Positions 9,396 through 19,131 of a stretch of DNA of 64,000 bases are shown here, one piece after another. The stretch spans positions 1 through 64,000 of IMG/VR virus record IMGVR_UViG_3300026189_000003; one strand, written 5' to 3'. A program made the translations under genes and the position numbers. This DNA comes from a virus. The stretch's first letter is position 1. Every line of letters starts with the position of its first letter. The notes beneath the pieces were generated by a model. The model was given only the letters and a program-made list of their open reading frames with translations. It had not been told where the DNA came from and ran no database searches.

Positions 9396-9577
9396 AATCA
9401 GCAGAATTAAATTCAGCTAATATGCATAAAGAATCTGACAGCTATTGTGCCAATTGTGGACGCCCAGAACATAGTAATCCTTTATGGGAACAAATGTTGG
9501 ATGGAGAAAATAAACCAGTAATGATTGAAGTTTGTAAATACTTTCGGAAACAAGTTGAAGGAAAAAAAGATGATTAA
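9392..9577 (+). CDS. Small Cys/His protein
   Basis: CANC..H..C; ATGA coupling. Confidence 0.65.
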   Translation: MKSAELNSANMHKESDSYCANCGRPEHSNPLWEQMLDGENKPVMIEVCKYFRKQVEGKKDD

Positions 9578-9674
9578 ATGGTTGAAAAATTTATGGTATG
9601 AGTATAAAGTACATAGAGCATATAAGAAGAAAATAAAAGAACTCAAAAAAAGAGATCCTTTTATTTACAAATAG
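9570..9674 (+). CDS. Small basic protein (34 aa, ...KKRDPFIYK)
   Basis: MIKWLKNLWYEYKVHRAYKKKIKELKKRDPFIYK fills the gap before rpmG. Confidence 0.7.
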   Translation: MIKWLKNLWYEYKVHRAYKKKIKELKKRDPFIYK

Positions 9675-9682
9675 GATAATTT

Positions 9683-9886
9683 ATGGCAAAAAGCTCAAAG
9701 AAAACATTTGAATTAAAAATGTTAGTACCAGAAGAAAACAAACCAGATACAGGAACAAGATACTATGTTCGTAAGCCTACTAAAGGTGAAAAAAGAACAA
9801 TGAAAATAAGACAAAGAAAATACGATCCTGTAATTAGAAAACACGTTTGGTTTGTAGAAAAGAAAATGCCAAAGCACTCGGCCTAA
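9683..9886 (+). CDS. rpmG: 50S ribosomal protein L33 (bL33), zinc-independent form
   Basis: TGTRYY..K and RKYDPVIRKHVWFVEKK L33 signature; no CxxC. Confidence 0.9.
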   Translation: MAKSSKKTFELKMLVPEENKPDTGTRYYVRKPTKGEKRTMKIRQRKYDPVIRKHVWFVEKKMPKHSA

Positions 9887-9899
9887 TAAATAAAGCATT

Positions 9900-10175
9900 A
9901 TGAAACTATTAATTACAATTTTATTTTTATTTGGTTTTGTAGCAGTAGCTACTAACACCAATGCAGGTCACGTTAGAGGTAATGGTACTTGTACAGATGA
10001 TATCAAACACTGGAAAAATATGGAGCATAAAAGAACTGATGCACCATTACACGAACAAAGCAAAAGGCAGTTTGAAAAAGCATTAGGTAAAAAACTAGCC
10101 GCAAAACCAGATGAGTGTGAAGCTTTAATGGAAGAAGCACTTAGAATGATTCGTAAACCTTACCCAACTGAATAA
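9900..10175 (+). CDS. Secreted small helical protein
   Basis: Signal peptide, two Cys. Confidence 0.7.
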   Translation: MKLLITILFLFGFVAVATNTNAGHVRGNGTCTDDIKHWKNMEHKRTDAPLHEQSKRQFEKALGKKLAAKPDECEALMEEALRMIRKPYPTE

Positions 10176-10178
10176 TAG

Positions 10179-10340
10179 ATGATACGTTTATTTTTAATAC
10201 TCTTAATATCTATAACGTTAACTAATTGTGCAAAACCAAAACAAGAAGGCAAATGGACACAAACTACAAACAATACATTGTTAAGAACAGCGAGTTGTAT
10301 AGTTGTACCAGGAATGCCTTATTGCGTTTTGAACAAGTAA
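10179..10340 (+). CDS. Small lipoprotein (53 aa)
   Basis: MIRLFLILLISITLTNC lipobox; not in ORF track. Confidence 0.65.
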   Translation: MIRLFLILLISITLTNCAKPKQEGKWTQTTNNTLLRTASCIVVPGMPYCVLNK

Positions 10341-10341
10341 C

Positions 10342-10665
10342 ATGAAGATCCCACCATATGATGAGGATCTAATGTGGGGCGACAGTTGGGCATATGATGA
10401 CTGTCGTTTAGAGAACAATGGTATTATTCCTCAGACATACGGATACAATAAAAAATTCAAACACGATGTTGAAGTACAGCACCCTGAACAATTAGGAAGA
10501 TGCATCGATTGGTGTATTGATAATTGTAAACACAAATGGGGCTGGTATCATGATAGTTTGCCTCTACCAAGAGTATCATTAGAGAACCACGGAATGGAAT
10601 CACGTTCCTTTTTAAGTTTCTCGAACAAAAAAGAAGCTTTCATGTTTAAAGTAGCTTGTCTGTAA
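10342..10665 (+). CDS. Hypothetical phage protein
   Basis: ORF directly after the lipoprotein. Confidence 0.75.
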   Translation: MKIPPYDEDLMWGDSWAYDDCRLENNGIIPQTYGYNKKFKHDVEVQHPEQLGRCIDWCIDNCKHKWGWYHDSLPLPRVSLENHGMESRSFLSFSNKKEAFMFKVACL

Positions 10666-10708
10666 AAACCCCTAAAATACGGGGGTACTAACACCCCAGG
10701 TGGTGGCT

Positions 10709-10734
10709 TTGACCCCACTGTATGACGCTTAAAA
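10709..10734 (+). repeat. Dispersed motif TTGACC-N4-TGTATGACGCTTAAAA, copy 2
   Basis: Matches 5525-5550; lies in a GC-rich structured intergenic region. Confidence 0.8.
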
Positions 10735-10789
10735 TGAATCTTTTTTTGCTTGTTTTTAATAAATTTGCTAGTTCAGTAAATAATAGCAA

Positions 10790-11821
10790 ATGTTTTCATT
10801 AATCAACATACCTTACATTCATACACTTGAAATAGAGCCAACTACATCTTGCAATGCAGGTTGTCCGTACTGTGGTAGGCACGTTCAAGGCACTAGTGAT
10901 GTTATTAAAGATTTGTCAACTGAACATTTACCAGTACACCTATTACAAAAAATAAAAGAACAATTTGATTTGTACCAAGGAGCAAAAAATGTTGGAGTAT
11001 GGTATTGTGGTAACTATGGTGATTCATTAATGCATCCAGAATTTGAACAGCTATTCAAGTACTCAGCTGAAAACTTTAAAGCAGTAGGTGTACATACTAA
11101 TGGCGGAGCTCGTGCAACTAACTTTTGGGAAAACTTAGGCAAAGTTTGTAAACAGTATGGTAATGCATCAATAACATTTTGTATAGATGGACTTGAAGAT
11201 ACAAATCATTTATACAGAAGAAAAGTAAAATGGAAAACATTAATGTCTAATGTTAAAGCCTTTATTAGTAACGGTGGATATGCCAATTGGAAAATGATAG
11301 TATTTGATCATAATAAGCATCAGGTTGAAGAAGCCAAAGCATTATCAAACAGTTTAGGCTTTCATGACTTCTCTCCGGAAATAAGCACTAGAGAAGTTTT
11401 ACCTAATGAAGAATACAAAGAAGTTAGTGCAGTTGCTAAAAAGAAAACCGAAATACAAATTCAAAAAGCTAAAGAAATAAATCAAACAAAATCAGAACAG
11501 TCTTGTATTTCTTGTAAAGGTATTGAAGCTCACAATATGTATCTAAATTCTAAAGGTAGAATTTGGCCTTGTTGTTATATGTCAGAAGATTATGATTTAA
11601 CAATACAGCGACTAGAAAAGAAAGAACCATGGTTAGCTGAACACTACAAAAATGATTTTAACAATTTTAATACACGTTCTTTGCAAGAAATATTTAATGA
11701 ACCTGCATGGAAAGAAATAACAGATGCTTGGACTACTCGTAAACGTGAGTTAAACAGATGTTGGAAGAGTTGTGCTGATGCTAGATGGAAAGTTTCTAAT
11801 ACTGTAGATTACTTTATGTAA
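10790..11821 (+). CDS. Radical SAM protein with C-terminal SPASM/twitch domain
   Basis: CNAGCPYC, GNYGD, HTNG; C-terminal CK..WPCC..CWKSC. Confidence 0.92.
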   Translation: MFSLINIPYIHTLEIEPTTSCNAGCPYCGRHVQGTSDVIKDLSTEHLPVHLLQKIKEQFDLYQGAKNVGVWYCGNYGDSLMHPEFEQLFKYSAENFKAVGVHTNGGARATNFWENLGKVCKQYGNASITFCIDGLEDTNHLYRRKVKWKTLMSNVKAFISNGGYANWKMIVFDHNKHQVEEAKALSNSLGFHDFSPEISTREVLPNEEYKEVSAVAKKKTEIQIQKAKEINQTKSEQSCISCKGIEAHNMYLNSKGRIWPCCYMSEDYDLTIQRLEKKEPWLAEHYKNDFNNFNTRSLQEIFNEPAWKEITDAWTTRKRELNRCWKSCADARWKVSNTVDYFM

Positions 11822-13029
11822 TTTGGCAGGTCGTGTAATTCTGGAAATATATCACGCCATTTTTCATTTCTTAACTGATCCAATCTTTCAGTTGTTTGAT
11901 ACCACTCTTTAATTTTATGTGTATAGTCTGCTTCATCTAAGAAGTTAATTAATGCCTCATATCTTTTACTTTTGTTTTTAGTATTTGCATTCATCCATTC
12001 TTGAGCTTTACGATATTTTTCTCTTACTTGATCTTTCATGTGTTCTGGTAATATTTGTATTCTTAAATGTGCTGGTGTTAACAATGGATTGATCAAACTA
12101 CCTTCATCTTGTATCCAACCTTTTTTGTACCAATCAATATGAAAATCAGGCACGTGATAACTGTTGAATACATCTAAACAAGTTGCTAAAAAGAAGTAAG
12201 CTCTAGGACAAACTTCAAACATTCTTTTTCTATTTGCTTCTACTTGCTCCCAGTTTTGTCCTGAACGCAAGAATTCTCCTCGTTTATGACTAGCGTCTAA
12301 ACTACCACCAATTTCTATAAACTCAAATTTATCCCATTCCTTCATTACATCAATATCTTTGTAAGTCATTTGACTAAAGTTAGTATTGTATTTTAACTTA
12401 ACATGAAACATTTTTTTCTCAACAAGACGTTTTAGTATTCTATAGTGTTCTTCCATTATTAATGGTTCACCACCTGCAAAATAAATTTCTTCCAGACCAT
12501 CCATGTAAGGCTCTACTTTTTCCCAGAATGTTTTTTCGTCTTTGTAAGGTCTAATAATTTTTTTATGATCAGGTTTACCATACACTTTAGTATGATCCTC
12601 ATACCAGCTTGAACTTAACTCCGGGCCGCACGTTCTACATTTGAAGTTACAAATATTTGAGAATCTAAAATCAATATAAGGTAAATTAACTTTGTCAACA
12701 GATCCATCTTCTTTCGTTGACTCAACAACATCCCAATGATTAGCTAGATGTTTATTTGACCATTGTCTAGTTGTAGAAATATTATTTCTTTCCATTTCCA
12801 TACATCTAGTACATATCTTATTAACTTTACCAGCAAGTAAATCTTTCCTTAATTTTTTTTGCTGTTCACTGTTCCATGCTTGTTCTAGGCTAACGTTTTT
12901 TAAGTTACCCATTGGCATATCACTTGGACTCATACAGCAAGTTAGTATTCTTCCATCTGGCCACGTGTGTAAATGCGTCCACGGAATCATACAAAATGTT
13001 TTTGATTCTAGGGTTTCTTTTTTATTCAT
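11809..13029 (-). CDS. Radical SAM protein with N-terminal twitch domain
   Basis: CNFKCRTC, AGGEP; CMIPW..TCC..CTRC. Confidence 0.92.
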   Translation of the reverse strand: MNKKETLESKTFCMIPWTHLHTWPDGRILTCCMSPSDMPMGNLKNVSLEQAWNSEQQKKLRKDLLAGKVNKICTRCMEMERNNISTTRQWSNKHLANHWDVVESTKEDGSVDKVNLPYIDFRFSNICNFKCRTCGPELSSSWYEDHTKVYGKPDHKKIIRPYKDEKTFWEKVEPYMDGLEEIYFAGGEPLIMEEHYRILKRLVEKKMFHVKLKYNTNFSQMTYKDIDVMKEWDKFEFIEIGGSLDASHKRGEFLRSGQNWEQVEANRKRMFEVCPRAYFFLATCLDVFNSYHVPDFHIDWYKKGWIQDEGSLINPLLTPAHLRIQILPEHMKDQVREKYRKAQEWMNANTKNKSKRYEALINFLDEADYTHKIKEWYQTTERLDQLRNEKWRDIFPELHDLPNYIK

Positions 13030-14035
13030 TTAAATTGTTTAACCAACTGTCAATATGTAAGTTTCTAAATGTATTGCTGTTGTGTTTAATTTTATCAAGA
13101 ATAATTTTGTCATGATATATTTCTTGCCATTCAGTAGGTGTATAATTCATTAGCTTTTCTACTTCTGAGTACATTGCTTCAAATCTTAATTCTTTATCTA
13201 AACTGTCAAAGCTGTGATCATATAATTCTGTGTATGGTTCGAATCCGTGATCTATTAAAAACTGATAACTGTTTTTTGTACCATGTAATATAAAAATTTT
13301 ATTGTATAAAATTGGTTTCCAAACTTTCTCTGTTAAAAATATGCTTGTATCACTATCAATACTTTCGTTAACAATTTCAAATCCAGCATAAGGATATTGC
13401 GTTGGTAATATTTCTTGGTTCTGTCCTGCATCAATTGATTCATTGTCAAAATCCAGTACTAGATCTTCTCCCTGCCAAACACCATTACTAAAATATTTTT
13501 TAGGTAGTTTACCATAACGATTAACCCAACTTATCCATCCATCATCTTGTAAATTGTTTTCATATAATCTATTAACTATTTTAGCTCTGTGTGGTTTAGA
13601 TGCACCATTTAAACAAATAAACTTTTTAACTTTTTCATCTACACTCTTTGGTTGTTTTACTGTTTTGTTTTGTATAACATCTCTAGTTCTTATTAACAAG
13701 CTCAATGGATATGATAATGCTGTTATTGGAACTACTCTTTCTGCTGTACCTTTAAACCAAGTATTGATATTGTCTACTAAATTAACATCTGCCATGACTA
13801 GAAATGTTTGTTCTTTTGGCCAGTTACGAATTGAATCATGCAGTTCGGTTAAAAAGTTATCTTTTTGTAAAAAATGAACCTCACCTTCTAATTCTCTTTT
13901 GATAATAATATTATGTGTGTCTATTTTATCTTGATTGTTTTGTATCCACCATCTTACTTTAGCTAGTCCTTCAGAAACTAGACTTTCACTGTCTATATCA
14001 AATATCTGATTTTCTCTAATCATATTGTTTTCCAT
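13022..14035 (-). CDS. GT-B/GT10-like 'ITEK' protein paralog 1
   Basis: FICLNG..KPHR; FEIVNES..FLTEKVWKPI..GF. Confidence 0.6.
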   Translation of the reverse strand: MENNMIRENQIFDIDSESLVSEGLAKVRWWIQNNQDKIDTHNIIIKRELEGEVHFLQKDNFLTELHDSIRNWPKEQTFLVMADVNLVDNINTWFKGTAERVVPITALSYPLSLLIRTRDVIQNKTVKQPKSVDEKVKKFICLNGASKPHRAKIVNRLYENNLQDDGWISWVNRYGKLPKKYFSNGVWQGEDLVLDFDNESIDAGQNQEILPTQYPYAGFEIVNESIDSDTSIFLTEKVWKPILYNKIFILHGTKNSYQFLIDHGFEPYTELYDHSFDSLDKELRFEAMYSEVEKLMNYTPTEWQEIYHDKIILDKIKHNSNTFRNLHIDSWLNNLNE

Positions 14036-14532
14036 TGTTCTGAGATGTCACTAGTATTTACTGATTTTAACTTGTCTAATCTTTTGGTGTGTCTTCCACC
14101 TTCAAATTTGGTAGTAAAAAATGCTTGTACTAATTGCCAAGCCATATCTTTAGTTACAAAGTCTGCACCCATACATAGAACGTTAATGTTGTTATGCTTA
14201 CGGGCCATTACAACATCTTTTACTGTTCTACAGTTTGCCGCTCTAATATGAGGATATCTATTAGCCGCAATAGTTACACCAAATCCCGAGCCACATATCA
14301 AAATACCATGTGATTGATATTCTAAATCATTTGCTACTTCTTTTACAATGTCTGGATAATCAACTGACTTTTTTTTATCGTATGCACCTACATCTTGTAT
14401 TACACAGATATTAAATTTTGTAATTTCTTCATCTGTATCTGGAACCATAAATTTATAAACGTAATCTTTAAGGTTTACGCCTCTGTGATCACTTCCTATG
14501 GAAACACTATTTTGTTCTATTTTTCTAGCCAT
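14020..14532 (-). CDS. rpiB: Ribose-5-phosphate isomerase B
   Basis: SDHRG, VDYPD, ILICGSGFG, AANR, ARKHNN, FEGGRH. Confidence 0.95.
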   Translation of the reverse strand: MARKIEQNSVSIGSDHRGVNLKDYVYKFMVPDTDEEITKFNICVIQDVGAYDKKKSVDYPDIVKEVANDLEYQSHGILICGSGFGVTIAANRYPHIRAANCRTVKDVVMARKHNNINVLCMGADFVTKDMAWQLVQAFFTTKFEGGRHTKRLDKLKSVNTSDISEQWKTI

Positions 14533-15836
14533 AATAATAACTTATTTAAGTACTCACTTCTATTTAACTTTAAAAAATGCTCTCTATTGTACAACAAAGT
14601 ATCAAATATTTTGTAGTATTCTCTATGCAATCCATCGATGGGCCAATGACATAACCGTTTAATATTTTCTAAAACCATATCGGTTCTTTTAGCACTATCT
14701 GTTTCTCTATCGTAGCTTTCGTTTAAAAATGCCCAATTATTGAAAGTTCTGTATCCGCAATCTTGCAAATAATCTAATGTGCCTCGAGATCCTAAAACTA
14801 CAAAAGGATGTAGTTGTAATATAGGTTGATATACCTTTTCAGTAATAAACAAAGGATCTCCTGGTTGACTATTACTTACTGTTTCGTTAACAATACTGAA
14901 GTATGTATTATAGTAATGTTTAGCTTTCATTCTTCTTTGATTTAAACTTTCGTTTATTGATGATCCATCATGATCAAGAACAATAGGAGTTTTTTGTAAA
15001 AACTCTTCCATTTCTTTTAGTACGTTTTCCTTGTCTTCTCGTTGAGTGAATGTTTCAGTATTGGTTGGAACACCTGGTGTAAAATACCTATTTAAAAAAC
15101 TTATGTAACCAAACTCATCTAGACCTTCTTTGTATAATTGACTAGTTAGATATATTCTGTGTGGTCTTGGATTTGCATTTCTACAAACAAACTTTAATGG
15201 TCTGTGTCTATCCTTGTCGATTAACTTTTCGTCGACTAATTCATCTTCTACTTTTATTTCACGCATTCTTTTTGTATTAAAATACATTCTATCAGTTTCG
15301 AGCCAATAGTTTAGCTCAAATATATTCAATCCAAATGTTTTTATTTTGCAATCAATCTTTTTCTTTTTACAATAGTATTTGAAGTTTTCTTCAATTCTTA
15401 AATCACCAAATACTAAATGAACTTTCTCTTCAGGTATACCTTTATCACCTAAGGTGTATAGTATGTCATCAATAAATCTTGGCATATCTAGATGAAAGCC
15501 TTCGCTTGGAAACCATAATAATATTTTTACATTATCTTCTATTCGTATTGCTCTTAGAAAGTCTTCGTCAATGTAATGAAACACATTTTCATAAAAGAAA
15601 CTTAGATCAATCCATTCGGGTTGTATATGATACCAAAATGTTTGACTGCTTTTTATTGAATGATCTAAGTTACACTTGTTATACTTTACACCAGCATAAT
15701 CTAGTAATTCTTCTAAGTATTGAAATTTTACATTGCCGTAATTTTTATAATACTTGTCATTTCTTTTCCAATAAGGAATACTGTTTGGCAAGTAACCTTT
15801 ATCTTTGTCATGTGTTTGATATAATAAATTAATCAT
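14517..15836 (-). CDS. GT-B/GT10-like 'ITEK' protein paralog 2
   Basis: FVCRNANPRPHR; FSIVNET..FITEKVYQPI..HPFVVLG..GYRTF. Confidence 0.6.
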   Translation of the reverse strand: MINLLYQTHDKDKGYLPNSIPYWKRNDKYYKNYGNVKFQYLEELLDYAGVKYNKCNLDHSIKSSQTFWYHIQPEWIDLSFFYENVFHYIDEDFLRAIRIEDNVKILLWFPSEGFHLDMPRFIDDILYTLGDKGIPEEKVHLVFGDLRIEENFKYYCKKKKIDCKIKTFGLNIFELNYWLETDRMYFNTKRMREIKVEDELVDEKLIDKDRHRPLKFVCRNANPRPHRIYLTSQLYKEGLDEFGYISFLNRYFTPGVPTNTETFTQREDKENVLKEMEEFLQKTPIVLDHDGSSINESLNQRRMKAKHYYNTYFSIVNETVSNSQPGDPLFITEKVYQPILQLHPFVVLGSRGTLDYLQDCGYRTFNNWAFLNESYDRETDSAKRTDMVLENIKRLCHWPIDGLHREYYKIFDTLLYNREHFLKLNRSEYLNKLLLWLEK

Positions 15837-16368
15837 TGTATACTGTGGTGTGTACTATTGTGTTTTCTAATTGTGTTTTGTTATAAGTTTCAATGTATGC
15901 TAAATCTAATAATGCTGTTACACCTAGTACTTTTGCTCCGGAGCTTTCACAAAGTTTTTTACTTGCTAATAAACTTCCGCCAGTTGCAACAAGATCGTCC
16001 GCTATTATAACACGACTAGTATGACCTAGTATACCTTTTTGTAGGACTAATGTATTCGATCCATATTCTAAATTATAGCTTTCTTTGTATAGTTCGCCTG
16101 GATATTTTGAGTCTTCTTTCCTAATCATTACAAATGGAATCATTAACTCTTTAGCTAATGCACTACCAATAACAAACCCACGACTTTCAACACCAGCAAC
16201 ATGAGTTGGGTAACTAAAGTTTGAATCGCTAGTAATTTTTTTAGCTAATTCGTCAATAACTATTCCAAATACTTCACTAGCAAATAAACTATTCAAATCG
16301 TAAAAATTAATTCCTTCTTTAGGATAATCTGGCACTGTTCTAATATGTTCTAGTATTTTAACTTGCAT
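15829..16368 (-). CDS. apt: Adenine phosphoribosyltransferase
   Basis: PDYPKEGINFYD, GVESRGF, YNLEYG, PRPP motif IIADDLVATGGS. Confidence 0.93.
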   Translation of the reverse strand: MQVKILEHIRTVPDYPKEGINFYDLNSLFASEVFGIVIDELAKKITSDSNFSYPTHVAGVESRGFVIGSALAKELMIPFVMIRKEDSKYPGELYKESYNLEYGSNTLVLQKGILGHTSRVIIADDLVATGGSLLASKKLCESSGAKVLGVTALLDLAYIETYNKTQLENTIVHTTVYND

Positions 16369-17170
16369 CTGTAATCCATCTCCTTACTACTTGTTCTGCA
16401 AATGCTTGATGACATTCTGATGACGGGTGGCCCAGCATTCTTTTAGTACCTTCTTTCATAATCCAACCTTGCGGAGGAGTGTTTGTATGATCGTCTGATA
16501 AAACTCCAGCATAACCATTATCAATGCCCCATTCGGCAATACCGCCTTTTTCTATACAACCAGGATATCCGGGTCTTCCGCCTTTGTGATCATATAGCCA
16601 CCATGTTTTCCAATCGATTGAATCAAACCAAAACTTTAATTCTTCATTTTCATTAAGTAGTTTGCCTTCGATGTGTTTTTTAAATTCTCTTTTCCATAAA
16701 AATATTTTATACTTGACATTCATGTTTTCGCACAATGTTTGAAAGTTCTTAATCAGATAAAGTGTTTTTAGAAGTTGATATACTTCGCTGTAACAATACT
16801 TACGATAATTTTTTAATGGTGCACCTATTCTTGGTTCTGCATCTTCAAGCCATTCAAATGTGCCTGTACTTTTTAACCATGTGTAAGTTTCTTTAGCCTG
16901 TACAGCCACGTTATGTGTTTCACTAGTCCAATTACTAATAACTTCATCTGTAATTAATTCATATCTACTAACACCTGAAATTTGCAGTATAGCAAAGTCT
17001 GGATTGTTTTCAATAATTGCTCTAGTAATGTTTCTAATATTCATTTCGTTACCACCACCCCCTTCGGCAACGTTGATTATGTCATGCTGATCTTTATATT
17101 TTTCTTTTAGATAATTAGCCCAACTATCTTCTGCTTCTGTAAAACTACAACCTGATGTTACTATTTTCAT
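16358..17170 (-). CDS. SGNH-like paralog 2
   Basis: SGCSFT, NVAEGGGGN, C-terminal GHPS..H. Confidence 0.7.
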   Translation of the reverse strand: MKIVTSGCSFTEAEDSWANYLKEKYKDQHDIINVAEGGGGNEMNIRNITRAIIENNPDFAILQISGVSRYELITDEVISNWTSETHNVAVQAKETYTWLKSTGTFEWLEDAEPRIGAPLKNYRKYCYSEVYQLLKTLYLIKNFQTLCENMNVKYKIFLWKREFKKHIEGKLLNENEELKFWFDSIDWKTWWLYDHKGGRPGYPGCIEKGGIAEWGIDNGYAGVLSDDHTNTPPQGWIMKEGTKRMLGHPSSECHQAFAEQVVRRWITDAS

Positions 17171-18111
17171 TTTTCTAAACTCTTAATTATTTTTTTTCTA
17201 GTATTTAATGCATTTTTCTTTAACGTATTAACATTATGTTTACACAGCTTTTCAAAGCTATCATAATATAAATCTTGATTGTTTAATTTAAACATACAAT
17301 TAACAAACTTTTGCAATCTTTCTTTATGATTAGTAATCATATCATAGTTCTCGTCGACTAAATTACTAAAAGTTTTGTAACCTTTTTCTCTTAACTTGTT
17401 CATAAAGAATGGTGTTGATAAAACTGCGAAAGGGTGCATATTAGCTATTGCTCTATAAGTTTTTTCTGTTGGATGAAACTCTTGATTGCCATCAAAATGT
17501 GTTTCTGAAATAATACTAAAGTTCGTTAGTTGATATACCATTCGATCATATGGATAACCTATATAATGATTATCTTCAATTTTAATTGTATCTAGTTGAT
17601 CCCCACCGTCGACACCAAACATGGTCCAGGCAAATCTAGCATTAAAGTTTTCATTTGCTATAAGTTTATCTAGTAATGGTTTTCTATTTCCTTTATTAGC
17701 TTTACCTCCTAGTAATAAAAATCTTAATTTACTAAGATTTGTTTCTTGTATTTCGCATTCTTCTTTAACAAATAGTCTATGATAAGCATCTAATTCAAAT
17801 TGATCAATTATAATATTTTTTCTATTTGGTGCAAAATGTTTAAAGCTACCTAAACTAAAAATAGTAATTTCTTGTGTTGATTGTAGACTGTCGAATTGTG
17901 TTTTCAAATATTCGTCATGTGTATAAGGATGTTCTCTTATATATGAATAGACAATTGGTTTTGTTATTCCTTCAAAGACAGGTGCCGGTTCACTTGTTGC
18001 AATGTCAACATAGTCAGCTTGTTCCATATCAGTCACATATTCAACAGGAATAAAACGCATGACCGATTCTAAGTCGTAACAATACTTTGGATGTCTATAT
18101 ACTTTTAACAC
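17167..18111 (-). CDS. GT-B/GT10-like 'ITEK' protein paralog 3
   Basis: FSIISETH..PTEKTYRAI..HPF..GYKTF. Confidence 0.6.
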   Translation of the reverse strand: MLKVYRHPKYCYDLESVMRFIPVEYVTDMEQADYVDIATSEPAPVFEGITKPIVYSYIREHPYTHDEYLKTQFDSLQSTQEITIFSLGSFKHFAPNRKNIIIDQFELDAYHRLFVKEECEIQETNLSKLRFLLLGGKANKGNRKPLLDKLIANENFNARFAWTMFGVDGGDQLDTIKIEDNHYIGYPYDRMVYQLTNFSIISETHFDGNQEFHPTEKTYRAIANMHPFAVLSTPFFMNKLREKGYKTFSNLVDENYDMITNHKERLQKFVNCMFKLNNQDLYYDSFEKLCKHNVNTLKKNALNTRKKIIKSLEK

Positions 18112-19012
18112 CTAATCCTCTCTTTACTTTATCAATATCAATATTCATAGCATGACTTCTGTTGTACAATACTTTACGAAAAATAGATGATAACTTTTCA
18201 CTTATAGTTTTAAGATCCAACTGACAAAACTTTTGTAATTCATCTAGTGTGTCATTTTCATAATCAAAAAATTCTGTATACAATTTAAATCCTAAATCCT
18301 GTAAATGTTTATAATACTTTGATTTGTCACCAACTCCGTAATACAAAAATAGTTGGCAATTTAATATTGGCTTCCATGTTTTTTCAGTAAAGAATACGTG
18401 TTCATCTTCATGTGTTTCGTTTATTATATTAAGATAACTGTCTTCATATATTTTTAATGGAATAGATTTATCGTCTTTGTTTAATTCATCTGCTGTTTTG
18501 TCTATATAGTAGTTTTCATATTCTTTTGTTTGTGTACGATATCCATGATCGTAGTTGCCAACTAGACTAACATAACCTTTATCTAATAAAAAGTTTTCTT
18601 TACAAAAATTTACAAAATCAATACGTTTATACTTTATTGCTCCATTGAAACTACAAAAGTGTTTATTTCTATGGTATTTTACTCCAGCAGTGTTGTCTTG
18701 TTTTCTTTGTATTTCCAAAAAATGAAAAGGATAATGCTTAACAGTATTAGCAAATTGCACTTGTTTACAATCTAAATTTGCTGTGATAAATGTTACTTTA
18801 TCTTTGTTTATATGTTGTAATTTTTCTGTAATAGTATCAATAACAGTTTTACCATTGTTCATTACAGGTCCTGGTATATCTGCTTCCCATGGTTCAAATA
18901 TAATAATATCTTGATTATCTACATTATCAAGACCAGGGAGAGGATCATCGCAAAATAGATCTGGACAGTTGTTGCTTGGTGTTGCTTTGTAATATGGGTT
19001 TTCAAATATCAT
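18095..19012 (-). CDS. GT-B/GT10-like 'ITEK' protein paralog 4
   Basis: FCSFNG..KR; LNIINETH..FFTEKTWKPI..GF; start moved to ATG 19012. Confidence 0.6.
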   Translation of the reverse strand: MIFENPYYKATPSNNCPDLFCDDPLPGLDNVDNQDIIIFEPWEADIPGPVMNNGKTVIDTITEKLQHINKDKVTFITANLDCKQVQFANTVKHYPFHFLEIQRKQDNTAGVKYHRNKHFCSFNGAIKYKRIDFVNFCKENFLLDKGYVSLVGNYDHGYRTQTKEYENYYIDKTADELNKDDKSIPLKIYEDSYLNIINETHEDEHVFFTEKTWKPILNCQLFLYYGVGDKSKYYKHLQDLGFKLYTEFFDYENDTLDELQKFCQLDLKTISEKLSSIFRKVLYNRSHAMNIDIDKVKRGLGVKSI

Positions 19013-19013
19013 T

Positions 19014-19130
19014 TTATCCAAATCCTGTCCAGTTCCATGGATCCTCAAATTTGTCTTTTTCTTTTTTGTAAGGCTTTGCTGAAAATCTTATTGCAATTCC
19101 TATTAATATTCCTAGTAATAACCATGTCAT
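19014..19130 (-). CDS. Small membrane peptide (38 aa)
   Basis: MTWLLLGILIGIAIRFSAKPYKKEKDKFEDPWNWTGFG; exactly fills the gap; not in ORF track. Confidence 0.7.
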   Translation of the reverse strand: MTWLLLGILIGIAIRFSAKPYKKEKDKFEDPWNWTGFG

Positions 19131-19131
19131 A

